Assembly: GCF_001194135.2 (NCBI RefSeq)
Contig: NC_068987.1
Coordinates: 93,314,855-93,378,845 of the forward strand
Length of the DNA stretch: 63,991 nt
Source: Octopus bimaculoides
Lineage: Eukaryota
Direction of reading: 5' to 3'
This document shows positions 23,831 through 37,980 of this stretch, piece after piece. How positions within the stretch are numbered: the first letter of the stretch is position 1; each line of letters starts with the position of its first letter. The position numbers and the translations under genes are program-made. Below the pieces are notes generated by a model. That model was not told where the DNA came from, did not search any database, and saw only the letters and a program-made list of their open reading frames with translations.

Positions 23831-26800
23831 ATTTCGATGGTTGAAAAGCTGCCGATCTTGCACAAAATAATCCAAAGCATGCACGTATCCAAGAAAGTTG
23901 ATATACGTACAACCCTGACCAATGGCTATTTTAGTGTTGCAACGTAGAAGACAATGTCCGTGGTCTATAAACAGTGCTTCTGAGATAAGTATCCTCAAAG
24001 CGAATAATGTCAGTACCGGAGTGATGAGATTTAAAGGAACCCAAGTCTCCGGTGAGTGGAAGGAAGACTAAACCTACCACCCGAGTTCAGATCTGAACAA
24101 TGGATGCACAAAAGCAAAAACACAATGGATGCACAAACACTGCAAGCATCTCGTCAAAGGCCAACCAGTTCCGGTAATCCACTGCTTTCCATTGATACTG
24201 TACTACAGAGGACCGATTAAGAAAGACATGTTAATTTTGGCGAGATTTCAACATTGAAACAATGACCTCGAACAAATACAGTAGCACATTTCATCAACGC
24301 TATACCACTGCATCGTGGAACACTGGAAAAATAATGATTACCGATAATAATGAAATGGTAAGTAACAACAGAATTCTAACCAGATCCCGCGTTAAAATGG
24401 ATAGTTGCTTAGAATCAATCAAGGCAACTCTACAAAATCTGAAGCAATCTCACAATGAAGAGAACGACATGTCACGGCCGTAATTTTCCTGCTTATGCTT
24501 GGTAATTCCAATCGTAACAATATCGATTCATTCGATTCATACAATAACACATTTATTTAAAGCAACTGATTGCACCAACTACATACTTGACTTTTGCTTA
24601 ATTTACTAACACTAGCTATATGAAGAGAGGAATTGACAACTGTTGTATTCGAAATCAAAACTTGCGATTTAAGTTAACTATTTGATGTTCTTGGAAACCA
24701 TAAATACATCGGAGTTGGGGACAGAAATGATAGTCTCTAGCTTAGGCATTTTTTTTAAAGAACGCTGAGCCAATCTATAGTTTAAATTCCCAGCTGTATT
24801 GATTGCTGTTCTATTTTTGTAACTAAAACTTCAAGTACGGATACTGTATATTTCTTTGAATATTTTGGTTCGAAGAAATAGACGACATTGTGAGTGAATA
24901 TCTGGTGAATGTATTTCAATGACAGAAGAGAATTTTGTCTAAAGTATTTTTTGCAAAGCAAGAGGAATGAAACACGATGATTATAGAATACATTTAGAAG
25001 ACTAACTCGACAAATAGATTTTTAAAGAGATAGCCATAAAGAAAGAAGTTCAGTAAAGTTGACACTTTTGTATTAACGAGAGAATGGATGGCATTTAGGA
25101 AAGCTATCAATCGAAACCCAACCCGACCCGCACAAGTAACGGGATGGACTAAACTTTTAAAACTAATCAATCTTGCACTGTTGACAACACACCAGACATC
25201 TGACTCTTCTTACATTTTCAGTTATTTTCGTATTGTCTGTTAAGTCATATATTTACAAGGACAAAAAAAAAAAAAACAGTTATCCCAACTTAAAACGATG
25301 TCGCATAAATCACAGAAGAACGTGATTCAAAACGTGATTTACGCAAGTTCAGGTTGCTATAACAAAACACATTATCAGTGTCACATGGAAGGCCGGAGAG
25401 TTAGACTAGTGGTACTCATCATTGCCGTCTCAACTCTGTGATTAAATATCATGGAGGACAACTTTCACCCACAAAATTAAAGTGGTAATCCCGATTTTTC
25501 CGAGTGTTCATTTCCTTTATCTGGGGCAAGTCATCTTGGGCTTAACTTTAAAAATGATGGTTTCCTGACCTAAAAACCTGAAACATGCCGCATGACACGA
25601 GAGACCAGACCTCTTATGACCGCAAGAAGAGTTGAGAATAAGAAATAGGTCAATAAAAAGCATCCGTAGTTACCCACACACACGCACACAAACACAAACA
25701 CACACACACGCGCACAGAAGAAAACTCGCTGATCTCACTGATTTCTCTTCACTTTTTCATGTTATAAGCTGCTGGGTCCTAAAGTACAACTTCAGAAGAC
25801 GCTTCATTATTGTGAGGACAGGGGCGAGTATTGTAGGTAGTTAATGGAGGTGTTCGCATCTCCCTAGGCGAGATTTGCTTGATTGTCAGATAGAAAGGAC
25901 TTGATTGACTGAGGATTGCCCGGATAAATATGGTGACAAAGCGTGTGCTGTGCAGAAGAGAACAGTGTAATAGTTTTAGCAAGGTGAGAGAGAAGAAACA
26001 TTATGTCTGTAGGTCAGAAACTACGAGGTGATGCGGGTAACAAACGAGATTAGGTTGAATCACATTTTTCTAGGTTCGTACAGGAATGGTTATGTCCACG
26101 GAAGATACACCACCCTAGACGTTGCAGTGTAATTATTTAATAAATGGCCACTCATGACACACGGAGAGTTTTTTTTTTTTAACAATTGCAAGCTGAAATA
26201 TTTCATAGAAATAAGAAAACCACTATTTACATTTTTTTTTTCTATTGTAGTTGTGTTTTCACCAGAATGAATCACAATAAAATAAGGTTTATCATTTGAA
26301 ACTTTTATGAATTTCTAGTTATGTACTGATCTGAATCAGGGGTGTATTGTGCTCACCTTCCTGTGCCACGTGTAACGTTTGCAGACTTTTGCTATTGAAT
26401 GAGAAAAATGTACTATGATCCAGTCTGATGCTGCTTCGGAAGTTTCTACTCATGAAATCTAGATTTGATGCAATGTGTCTAAGGTGCTTTAGGCTGACGC
26501 TTATATACGGAATTCTTAATAAGGTTGAAGAATGATATAATGTAAAATTGGGTGTTTGGAAATGGTAGTTCAGAGTGTGCGGTACAACATGTATCCTTGT
26601 TTTTCACCAGATTTGATTTAGAGTGAAGATCAGATGGAGTTTGATCGATATGGTATGAAACCACAAATAAACGATACGTGAAATGAGTTAAACCCATATG
26701 CGGGCTGTCTGCAGGAATATTTGCTTGATACATACAGCCGACTGCTTTATAGATGTTCCGACGCATTTATTCTGTTTTTACCATATTTCCTTGCGTAATG

Positions 26801-28925
26801 CAGATATGGCATTACGCAAGCAAATTGGTCGTTAGTAAGTCGGAATAAGGATTCAATGTGACGTCGGAAAGTTGTTAATGGCTGTTAACGTTTGCGATAT
26901 TGAACGTAAGACCAGTGGCATGATATTTTATAGGATCAGGTTGGTTAACACTCTTGGAAAGAAGAAACACTCCAACATATTTGCAAAGCTTTAGGAAAAG
27001 AAGATAAACAGAGAGAGGGATGAGCTGAAATAATTGCACAAAATCGAAAATATTTTTTGATCCGATTCATGGAGGTCATTAAATTTGAAGTCCCAGGTAT
27101 GTTACATGGCTTTACTTCAGTTTTAACTGTATCATTAAGTAAATTTAGTGCGGGATTTTAAAAAATTATCCTGAAATCCGTGTAATTTGGAGCTGTTGCG
27201 AAAGTGGATAAAACAGAAAGGTTTACTTCTTTGTGGAAGAACGACATAATGAAGTAGCATGAAGAGGAATTCCAGAAAATATGTTCACACGATCAACTAA
27301 TACAATTGTATAGATTTCAAAAAACTTCACGTAGACATGGTTGATTACATGTCATTGAAGTTTGAGGCTTACTACTCTCCTCCAGATCCAGTCAGTTGAA
27401 TTTTAAGTTAAATTTCATAAATTTACTTAGACATCTCCTAATAGTATTATGAAATCCAGCTGGCATATTCTTTGAACATCTTCAGTGCAATATGTGACAA
27501 TTATTTTTCTCATTATATGAAGAATACCTGAGGCTCTCAACCACCAGATGTACGAAAACAAGTAAATAAATATATCATAACTACATGTTATGCAACTTAA
27601 ATTTATCGGAACAAATCGATTTATAAAATCGATGCAGCAACTATGAGCAGAATATCTTCTTACACATAATAAACATTAGGCAGAAGTTTTAAGGGATGGA
27701 ATAGATTGATATACCAAGAAAAAAAAATAAACACAAACACTTAATAAAAACTGCAACAAAAATTGTAGTTAAAGCATATATTAAAAAAAGAATCTTGTTT
27801 TGTACATCCTCTGATATCGAACGCAGTGTATCAGAACCAAAAAGCATGTAATTTACTGAAGCACAACGAACGTGAAATAAAAGATGCAAACTCTTCCAAG
27901 AATTCTAGAAAATATCAACATTTAATGCAGACTTATCCCACTCGATGCTGCACAAATAAGGACCACAAAACAAATAATATCAATAGAAAACAATGAACAT
28001 ATATAGACACAAATATAGTTTGAATCTTTTGCTCTATATTTGCTTTATTTCTCATTTTGTGTATTGTATATTTTACACAGCTTGAAAATTTGATCACGAA
28101 ATATACAACTCTAAGAAACAGCAACAAGCTGCGGAGCTCAAACGAGTAAAAGCGAATATATTAATGGCCCATTGAAGAAACGTTCCGCGAGAATGATGTT
28201 TGATGGTTGAGATCAAAGAGAAACAAATCATGTGTAAATGAAACGCTAATTAGATCTAGGACCATTTTCGGGGAAAATAGTAATGTGGAGTACAACTGAA
28301 TGAATCTAGCGGAAAAAGACAAATAGAATGTATGGAAAATAGGAGTGTTGAAGGGATAGAAGAAGAAGAAGAGGAGAGAGAGAGATAAAGAGAGAAAGAG
28401 CGAGAGAGATAGAGAGAGATAAAGAGAGAAAGAGTGAGAGAGATAGAGAAAGAGTGAGCGTATGTGTACTAGTGTGGGTATGGGTGTGAAATAAAGTATG
28501 AGAGAATTGAAAAACGGAAGTTAATGAGGTGCGGCAGAGATGAAGTGAGGAAAGTAAGGCGATGTAAATGGTGAGTTTGTGTGAGTGTGAGAAAGAAAAC
28601 AATATCTGCAGGAATTGGAAAGAGCGAGTTTGGGAGAGAAAATGGAGAGAGTGAGAGAGGGAGAGAGAGAGACAGAGAGAGAGACAGAGAGAGTAAGACT
28701 GACAGATTGAGAGTGTGAGAGAGAAATCTTGCAAGAAAATGATGAAAGGAATGGATTCACTGAGGCAAAAATGTAAACAGAGAGAAAGGTAAAGAGATAA
28801 TCTTTAGACTAGAGAATGAGATATGTAGAGATAGTGTATGATATAAAGATTGAAAGAAAGATAGATCGATACAAAATATATATGTACATACATATACATA
28901 CATATGTGTGTGTGTTTATATGTAT

Positions 28926-28967
<42 letters not shown>

Positions 28968-29961
28968 AAGAAAGAAAGAAACAACGAGAGAGTGAAAGAG
29001 AAGATTAAAGGGAGGGAGAGAGGAAGAGGGACAGAATATTTAAGTATATACAGTGTTACACTAATTTCGTTAAACACTTGATAAAAGTTGCATAACTGAA
29101 CTGAAAAATGGAAACGAAAAAAAAAAGAGAGATTTTTATTTTTATTTTACGAGAATGGGAGAACAAGGAAAAATAAAAGGATAAATTGTCCCAAAATGGA
29201 AAATTATGAGAATATTTCTGATATGTAATGGAACACATATGGAGGTGTGAGGAAAGAAATTAAAAGAAATGTTGGCGTAGAAGTACAGAATGAATGATAA
29301 AAATGGTGTATGCTAAAAAGTAAAAGTAAAAAATGTAGAACATTAAAAAGCTGGATGAATAAACAAAGGCATCGATCAGGTTAGAGAGAACGCAATAAGA
29401 GAAGGACGCACATGAAAGAGAGTTAGATCTGTGAGAATAATTAGAAACTGTGTTAATTTAAACATACAATAGCTCTGTTTGAACTTAAATTTGCCGATAG
29501 AGATCTATCTATCTCATACTATCTCATCATTCAAACGGTATCTTCTTCCAAGAAGTACAAGACAAACTACCACCATCGGGATAGCCAATCACATCTCTTT
29601 GCTCGAGTGGCCCATGGTTTCTCGAAGAATGATAAAAAAAAAACCTCTGCAGATGGTGCTATTTTCTGTTCATAGCCTGGGCCGATAATGTCCCAAATTA
29701 ATTTAAATTATATCATATATATAACCACATAGAGTACGGTTTGTGTTTCACTGACTGTTCTGAGAGCGTTGGATAGGCTGTGTTTTGAATAAAAAACATG
29801 CTAAGATTTGTCTGATTTGCAATAAATTTATTTACCTCCTTTGCTGCGTTCACATGTTTCAATCGAATTAATTCATATTGTCAAAGTGGTTCCCGCCGTA
29901 TGATTTGTTGCATAGAATAGTTTCAGATTTGTCACAAGGGCAGCCATTTTGGGAACGGAAT

Positions 29962-30119
29962 GAGTCGATTACATCAACCCCAGTGTTTCACTGGTACTTA
30001 ACCGACCCCAAAAGGATGAAAGGAAATGTCGACCTCGGTGGAATTTAGACTCAAGGAAGGACGAAATGCCGCAAAGCATTTTGACCGGCGTGCTAACGCT
30101 TCTGCCAGTTCGTCGCCTT
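29962..30119 (-). mobile_element. SINE family A copy
   Basis: Homologous to 4931-5151; 3' end truncated, small internal deletions. Confidence 0.8.
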
Positions 30120-33100
30120 GAATTCGCAGCATATAATGACGATTCGTTGATTGACACTACCAGATAAGGCCTGTGGATTGGAGCGAGACACACGAGGGAA
30201 ATAAAAGCTAGTACAGGCGAGAAACAACCGGGCTGCACATTTCTGGAACTGGTTCAGTCTCTCTCTCTTTTTCTCTCTCTCAGTGTGTCTTTCTTCTTTC
30301 TTTCTCTCCCTCTCAGCCTCTTTCTCTCTCTCCCAGCCTCTTTCTCTCTCTCTCAGCCCCTTTCTCTCTCTCTTCTTCTCCCTCTCTCCACATATCTCTC
30401 TCTTTCTAGGTTAATCTAGCTCACCCATAAACAACAGTCGATCAGAAAATTGGTGAATTTGTATGGTGGGAAAACTCGCTCACTTTCTGTGAGGTGACTG
30501 CTTTATCCGACAGTGCTGATTGGTCAAACAAATCATGCAGTTTATGTCAACCGTGGTCATTTTCTGAAAACATATTTATGTCTTGATTCAAGATACAACA
30601 AAATCAAAGAACTAAGGTATGAATCAAACTATGGTTCGAACTTGAATAACTCCCATGGAAATGTGCTTGACACTAACGAAACGAAAGTATGCAGTAAACC
30701 GAGGACTTAAAAGCGAATATAATTCCAAGATTTACAGAAAATATAAAGGCAAACATTCTCACAAACGTAAGAGAAGATGTCACAATATTCACAGAAGTGC
30801 AGAAAAAATGTTCAATACAGACTTAATACTACCTAAGCATGTTCATATATTTCATCTTTCATGATATGAATAACCGAATATGTTATATGACACTCACTCC
30901 ATCTAGTCTTCTGTAACAATATAATATTCTTCAGATACTTTCTTTTTGATGTAGTTTTGTTTGGCACTGAGGAGAATAGTAATATGTAATTAATTTAATT
31001 TTACCATGTGCTTATATGTTGGTGTTGCCATTCAAAACGATCGTATGCATAGATTAAAATTTTATAAAAAACTTTTAACATCCTCTCTTCCCCATGTTTA
31101 ATTGTTTGGTGAGTTTATATACGATACCAGTTCTATAAAAGCTCATAATACACTTTATAGTTGTAACATTTTCATATTAAAAAATACTTACAATGGTAAG
31201 CTAACAATTTAATTTGAAGAATCTTTATTAGAGATCTAACTTTGGACCCCACCCCCAAAGTAACAGGATGAAACTGAAATCAACCTTTCTCATATATATA
31301 TATATATGCAAAGTTATGCCAAATGATTTCATTTCCTTCTTTAAACAATATAATTTGAATCACCGTCAGCATGCTGGGCTAATTCTTGAGTTGATTATTG
31401 TGATTCAAATTGTGTCTGAAGAAATATATCAACCTCGAATTTATTGTACAAATTATATAACTTTCTACGTATGATGAAATAATGTCGTTCGTTCCAGAGT
31501 GGTACTATATTAGATTCATATTGGTACCTCATCACGCACACAAACACAAATTGTCAGCCCTCCGTATGTGTGTATGTGTGTGTGTGGGTGTGTGTGTGTG
31601 TGTGTGTATGTGTGTGTGTGTGTGTGTGACGAGCTACCTATATGGATCTTTGTAATTAATATATCTTTGTAATTAATATATCTTAAGCCGTTCCCATGAA
31701 CTTTAAGACTTATTTATTATATATCTTCCTTTTTCTGTTTATACCCTAAATATGGTTCGACCTACGCAGATGGTATGTTAGAACATATGAAATGTTCAGA
31801 AAATAATTACAAATTGTTAATGCAGTGAAACATAATCCATCTTCAAGACGTTAATGTCTTCCAAGTACATTAGATACATTGCTCTTTTGCTAATTAAAAC
31901 AACACCTATACAGAAACATTTAATACAAGAATGATTATTAAGAGGAAGTTGTGAGAAAAGAAAATAATAGAACATCTTACGTTTGTTTAATAATAAAAGG
32001 GTCTTTGAAACATGCACGTTGCGAGTGTTGTTCTTTAGCTATGGATATCAAGAATAAATTTACGTATTCTTTACATTCTCCCGTTTTAATTGATTCATTT
32101 TTCCTGTGGTATTTTCATATCAAGACTTACTGCCTTTTGTGCAATTTCAATATATATTTTGAGAGGGAAAAATATTTCTATTCTATTGGAGGATAACAGA
32201 GAACTTTATAAATGAAAACATTATTTAACAATATTACATCCAAATAACAACGACTCTTACACTTGTGTTTCGAGTAATATCATATATGTGTGGCTAATCC
32301 AGCATAAATTATACATTTATCAAACGTTTGTTTTTTAATACACACACGTACACGTACATACACACACAAATAAGGAGAGAGGTCACAAAAGTGACGGAGG
32401 GTGAATATGATTTAAACGGTTTGATAAATATGAGACATTCTCTAGAGGTGGAGACAATTGTGATAAAATTGAAATGCTTGTCGTATGGCATTTGGCATAC
32501 CGATGTTTCTCTATGTTTTTGAAATACAACCCAGTAACCATTTCGAATTCTGTCTCGATCTGACTTTTGTATACATTTCGTAATGTGGGTGTGGACTATT
32601 TCAATGCATTTGCTAATAATGAAACTAGAATATCAAGTTGAAGAATCAATTATAAGTTGAGATTAAATGCAACACATCTGTTGTGCGAAGCATTCGTTAG
32701 AAATAATTAGAACTAATAAGGGGTGATCAAATTACAAGAATTCCATGCGGAAATGCGGAAATAACTTTAGAAACATTCATATTTTTCTACGTAAATGGGA
32801 GGGAAGGAATAAAAATATTTTTTGTAGTGTTGATCAAGTGTGTGTTCATGAAATCGACGAACATACGTTTAAATATCAATTGANNNNNNNNNNNNNNNNN
32901 NNNNNNNNNNNNNNNNNNNNNNNNNNNNNNNNNNNNNNNNNNNNNNNNNNNNNNNNNNNNNNNNNNNNNNNNNNNNNNNNNNNNNNNNNNNNNNNNNNNN
33001 NNNNNNNNNNNNNNNNNNNNNNNNNNNNNNNNNNNNNNNNNNNNNNNNNNNNNNNNNNNNNNNNNNNNNNNNNNNNNNNNNNNNNNNNNNNNNNNNNNNN

Positions 33101-33380
33101 NNNNNNNNNNNNNNNNNNNNNNNNNNNNNNNNNNNNNNNNNNNNNNNNNNNNNNNNNNNNNNNNNNNNNNNNNNNNNNNNNNNNNNNNNNNNNNNNNNTA
33201 TATATATATATATATACCCACATACATATACGTGCACACACAATTACACACACACACACACACACACACACTTATCCGCTTGCATGTTCATATATGTAGT
33301 ATTAAATGATTGAGATCCTGAAAGCAAGATAGACGAACTAAAAAATTAAAGATTGCCGGGCCCATCTCCGTAACAATACC

Positions 33381-33900
33381 AATAACCATAGCAATTTATT
33401 TCACTTTACCATGGGATCATCCGGTTCCGTCACGGTCACCGACCTCGTTGGACTATACATACTCCACCAGCTCCATATACATTTCCCTAACCTCAAGGTA
33501 GGCCTCTGCAGAGACGAAGCCTTGCTACATACCAAGAGCGTAAATAAATCCTCTTTAGAACGAGCTAGAAAAGATCTACACCAATATTTCTCTACCTTAA
33601 ACCTATGTATTACTTTTGAAAATTCCTATAAAACTGCTAACTTTTTACCCGTAACTTTAAGCTTAGAAACCTCCCATTATTCCCCTTATCACAAACCTAA
33701 CCAATACCTTATATACTTAAACATTCATTCCAATCACCACAGATCCACCTTTAATAACATAGTCAAATGGATCTCGATCCGTATATCTGACATCTCTCCC
33801 ACTGAGGAAATATTTAATAACCACGCCTAATATTACGACCAAGCGCTCGCTGCCAGCGAAGTCTCCTAACAAATAAAATACATCCCTAATACTAGGTGCA
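33381..33900 (+). pseudogene. Penelope-like element (probably Neptune-type) reverse transcriptase fragment
   Basis: MGSSGS..DLVGLYIL..GLCRDE (decayed YRDD)..ERARKDL..NFLPVTL..PYHKPN..YLNIHSNH..IVKWISIRIS..IFNNHA*YYDQALAAS matches PLE RT core and thumb motifs; in-frame stops at the 3' end. Confidence 0.85.
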
Positions 33901-33959
33901 ATCAACATATATAGAACACGCAATAAGACAACCTAGACCCCACACGCACACATAAAGAC

Positions 33960-34041
33960 TTACAACGCCCGGTCTGAGAATCGAAACCGCTATCCTACGA
34001 CCACGAGTCCTCTGCCCATAACACTAGGCTATTGCGCCTCT
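33960..34041 (-). mobile_element. tRNA-like SINE head, family D
   Basis: Reverse complement gaggcgcaatagcctagtgttatgggcagaggactcgtggtcgtaggatagcggtttcgattctcagaccgggcgttgta with A/B-box-like motifs; no cloverleaf acceptor stem. Confidence 0.65.
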
Positions 34042-35904
34042 ACACTGGCTGTGATAGATGATACTTGAATACACTCGTGAATGGTACTTTGGAGCAGTTT
34101 TTTTTTTTCAAAAAATCAATATCTTCCCTGAAGCTAAGCCTATTGTGTTATTTACTACGGGAGACTGTGGGGAACCTCTATGTAGTTACTCTGACAGAAA
34201 TAACAGGAATAACACTTACGAAATTCAACATTTTATTACATAAATAAAAATGTACAATCGTTAATGCAGATCTGAAAATATTGAGTGACAACGCGGTGGT
34301 ATATGTATGGCTATGACTCACTTATAACTCACATTGATCAGAGGTAAGCTAGTCCGCAAGGAATTGTAGGCCAAAGACATGATTTCGATTATATTGATGA
34401 CAAAATAACGACCTTCAGCATCATCACCATAGCATTGTTTATGTTATCTATAATTGAGCTAAATTTGTTTATAAATTAAATGATACGACATTCGAAAATC
34501 CGGAAAGTTCCATTGAAAATTGTTAAGAAGTACTTGTTTACTACAGAAAAGAAATCAGACAAAGAAGCAATCTTCTTTGATTAAGCAAAAAAAAAAATAT
34601 ATATAGAAAGACTTACCAATCATTTTTTGTATCATATCTTCCGCACCCTCTCTATTTATCGACTTATTTATGAATCTGTTTATTCTCCTTATCTATCTAT
34701 CTATCTATCTATCTATTTTTTTTTATCTAGTTACTAAGTTACCTACATATGAAGCTACAAATCCGTATCTCTACCTCTCTCATTACCTACTTCTTGCGTT
34801 TCGTTATTCTTTTTGTTATTTTCTTCATATAGTTTCTTTTGTTTGTTCTATTTTTAAAAAATTACTTCTGATAATCTGTCTCATGATTTTAGTAATTTTA
34901 GTAAATATTTTGGCTATTATGATGGTAAATACAACCAATTCCCTTCCTGAAGTCTACAAATCAATAGTATATTTCATAGAACTGTCTATTGTCTCTTTGC
35001 AATAGTTATATTCGAAATTAGTTAGGAGGCCAATGTCGAGAGATAAATGTAATATTCCGGTGTACGCGAGATGGAAGATGCAATATTTTATGATGGCAAC
35101 ATCTTCTAGATCTGTGATGTTATAGTGGCAGTGTCAGAAAAAAAGGGACAGTGTTCATGGCTTTGCAAAACCGCTTTGACCGATAAGGTGGAGACCATTA
35201 ATGTAAGCTACAACTGTAACCCATCATTAGCGCGTATTGTACGAGGACAGGTAATTCCAATGGACCAACATTCTGGGAAGAAAGGACTGGATGCTTTTTT
35301 AAGCGCGGCGTCTGTGCTAGTAATTGATGAAAGTCGAAGAGGCCGCTCTTCGAATGAGAAGCCATGCAATTTTAGACTGAAATAGCAGAGGCGACATGTT
35401 AGACAGCCACGGGTTGGGGTATAAAGGATAACTTTAATAAATCATAAGCAATGATATATGACGATCAATCAGGTGTCCTTTTCTAAATGCATTCCATGAT
35501 ATTTATGCGTTAATCAGTGCCAGAGTAATGCTTCATTGTCTGCCTCATCTGAGCTTCGTACAGAACGAATAAATGTGGGGCCGATATGAATTAATAGTTG
35601 TTGCTACGCGATCTTAGCTCTATTCTAACCAGGAATTCCTCGGTGATTGTGAAACTCATCACTGAAGGAACTAAGATGGGGCTCTTGTTATCTCATTCTG
35701 TCTAATATATATATATATATATATANNNNNNNNNNNNNNNNNNNNNNNNNNNNNNNNNNNNNNNNNNNNNNNNNNNNNNNNNNNNNNNNNNNNNNNNNNN
35801 NNNNNNNNNNNNNNNNNNNNNNNNNNNNNNNNNNNNNNNNNNNNNNNNNNNNNNNNNNNNNNNNNNNNNNNNNNNNNNNNNNNNNNNNNNNNNNNNNNNN
35901 NNNN

Positions 35905-35955
<51 letters not shown>

Positions 35956-35961
<6 letters not shown>

Positions 35962-36410
35962 GAAATATGAGTTCTTAACTTTTGTATACGATTGCCAAAT
36001 TCCATCACTAAGGTAAACATAGCTGACGTAATCCATCACTACGGCCAACTCAATAACAGAAAACGCAACTCGAAAGTAACTTATTTATTGGTCCTTTGAA
36101 CAATGACAGTATTTCGACATGTCGTGTGTCTTCAACTGGTCTGGTTCAAAATTTCTGCTGAGTTTATCAGTCCTCTCTATAAACTAAAAATGAATTAGAC
36201 TGACATTTATTTTATTTTGAACCAGACCAGTTGAAGATACACGAGATGTCGAAATATTGTCATTGTTCAAAGGACCAATAAATAAGTTACTTTCGAGTTG
36301 CGCTTTCTGTTATTGAGTTGGCCGTAGTGATGGATTACGTCAGCTATGTTTACCTTAGTGATGGAATTTGGCAATCGTATACAAAAGTTAAGAACTCATC
36401 TTTCTATATA
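35956..36410. mobile_element. Near-perfect fold-back element (197-bp arms 35956-36152 and 36214-36410)
   Basis: About 5 mismatches counted between the arms; a 33-bp direct repeat at 36151-36183 and 36415-36447. Confidence 0.9.
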
Positions 36411-36484
36411 TTACATTTCTGCTGAGTTTATCAGTCCTCTCTATAAAATAAAAAAAATTAAAAATTAAAAAATAATATCAGCGA

Positions 36485-36630
36485 AAAATATCTTAGGAGT
36501 GAGAACCCGGGTTTGAAATTTCCCCATGACACCTGATGAAGGCTGGATGGTATATTAGCCGAAATGTTGTGTTAGCCACAAACAAGATGAGGACAAATAT
36601 CCGTCAAATGTAAATAATGTAAATAATGTA
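36485..36630 (+). mobile_element. Family H1 element body and hammerhead-bearing 3' end
   Basis: cgaaaaatatcttaggagtgagaacccgggtttgaaatttccccatgacacctgatgaaggctgg...gaggacaaatatccgtcaaatgtaaataatgt. Confidence 0.85.
36528..36573 (+). ncRNA. Minimal hammerhead motif, family H1
   Basis: GACAC-CUGAUGA-A-GGCUGG(augguaua)UUAGCC-GAAAU-GUU-GUGUU; intact core with C15.2 changed to U. Confidence 0.6.
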
Positions 36631-37044
36631 TTCTATATTGTGTTCAGAAGATCAGTGATACTCTGTTCGTAATCAAGAGTATTTTTGTTTATTACAGTAT
36701 ATTGTAACAACAATACTGAGCCACTATCTTCGCATTTAAGAGATATCAGAAAGGAATTAAGCTGCTATGTCTAGCTTGTTCAGGCAAAACGTAGATATTT
36801 TATCGCTGCTTCAGGATATCGGTGTTGTTTAGACCCAGGTCAATCCTTATTTCCCAGATTGATGATTAATGACACCTTGCAGATTTGAAGTATATAGAAA
36901 TGTCTTATACGAAATGTCCATAGTTTTGTGTGTTTTTTTTTGTTTTTTGAAGGATCGATCGGTGTGAAGAGCGAAATGTTGTTTATGTAATTCTTGGTTG
37001 GTAAATCAAACTCAGTCACATTTCTGTTGTCATTTTTTAATGAA

Positions 37045-37693
37045 GGCGACGACGACAAAGACGATGACGTGAATGATGATGAACGATGATGATGATGATG
37101 ATGAGGATGATAAAGATGATGACAATGATGATGATGATTTCTCTGATTATGACGCAATAGTGTAGATGATTATGTACATAATAATTGGGCGGTGGAAATT
37201 GTGATTTTCCTACTGATTGCTGTTATCAGGATTCCTAACTACACTGATTGTGATTACAATTATCAAGGTAATGATAATAATGATGATGATGATGATGACG
37301 ATGATGCCGGTGCTGGTGTTGGAGTTAGTGTTAGCTTTGGTGGTAGTGGTGGTGGTAGTGGTGGTAGTGGTGGTGGTAGAGATTGTAGTGGTAATATTGA
37401 TGTTGATGATGACGATGATCATGATGATCATGATGGGTATGGTGGGGGTGGTGGTGCTCATGATGACGACTGTAACAACGACGACGACGATGACGACAAA
37501 GATAACGAAGACGCTGGAAATACTGATGATGTGATTACGATAGTTGCAGCAATTTGTGTAAGTGGAGGCGCTAGTGGTACGATGGGGGGAATATGGCGGT
37601 GCAATAGATGAGAACTCGCACTGACGATTCTCGTACAATGCCATCTCTGCCTATGTCCTCGCTCACGCATTAATTATTAATTCACATGATGAC

Positions 37694-37749
<56 letters not shown>

Positions 37750-37886
37750 CGATGTTGATGAAGATGATAATGATGATGATGATGTTGATGATGATGAAGA
37801 CGTTGATGATAACTGTGATGTTGGTGATGTTGGCGGTAATGATAATGGTAGTGATATGGTGGTGGTAATAATTATGATGATGAAGT

Positions 37887-37918
<32 letters not shown>

Positions 37919-37980
37919 GTTTTGATGATGATGATGATGATAATGATGATGATGATGATTTTCATCATCCTTATCATTAT
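37045..37980. repeat. Compound trinucleotide low-complexity region (GAT/GAC/GGT)
   Basis: Blocks at 37045-37140, 37270-37530 and 37686-37960. Confidence 0.92.

Noticed and set aside
23830-24483. Possible LINE ORF1 or 5' region
   Set aside because: Only a vague coiled-coil-like peptide; no diagnostic motif.
33960-34041. tRNA gene (also the heads at 5151, 16904, 43061 and 55290)
   Set aside because: Only degenerate A/B boxes of SINE heads; no full cloverleaf.
35125-35385. 86-aa ORF with an internal CAG|GTAATT donor
   Set aside because: GTG start, no recognisable motif, no partner exons.
36214-36275. Hammerhead call inside the 36-kb fold-back (CAGUUGA...GUC-GAAA)
   Set aside because: Two core deviations and poor stem I pairing; mentioned only as a hint.
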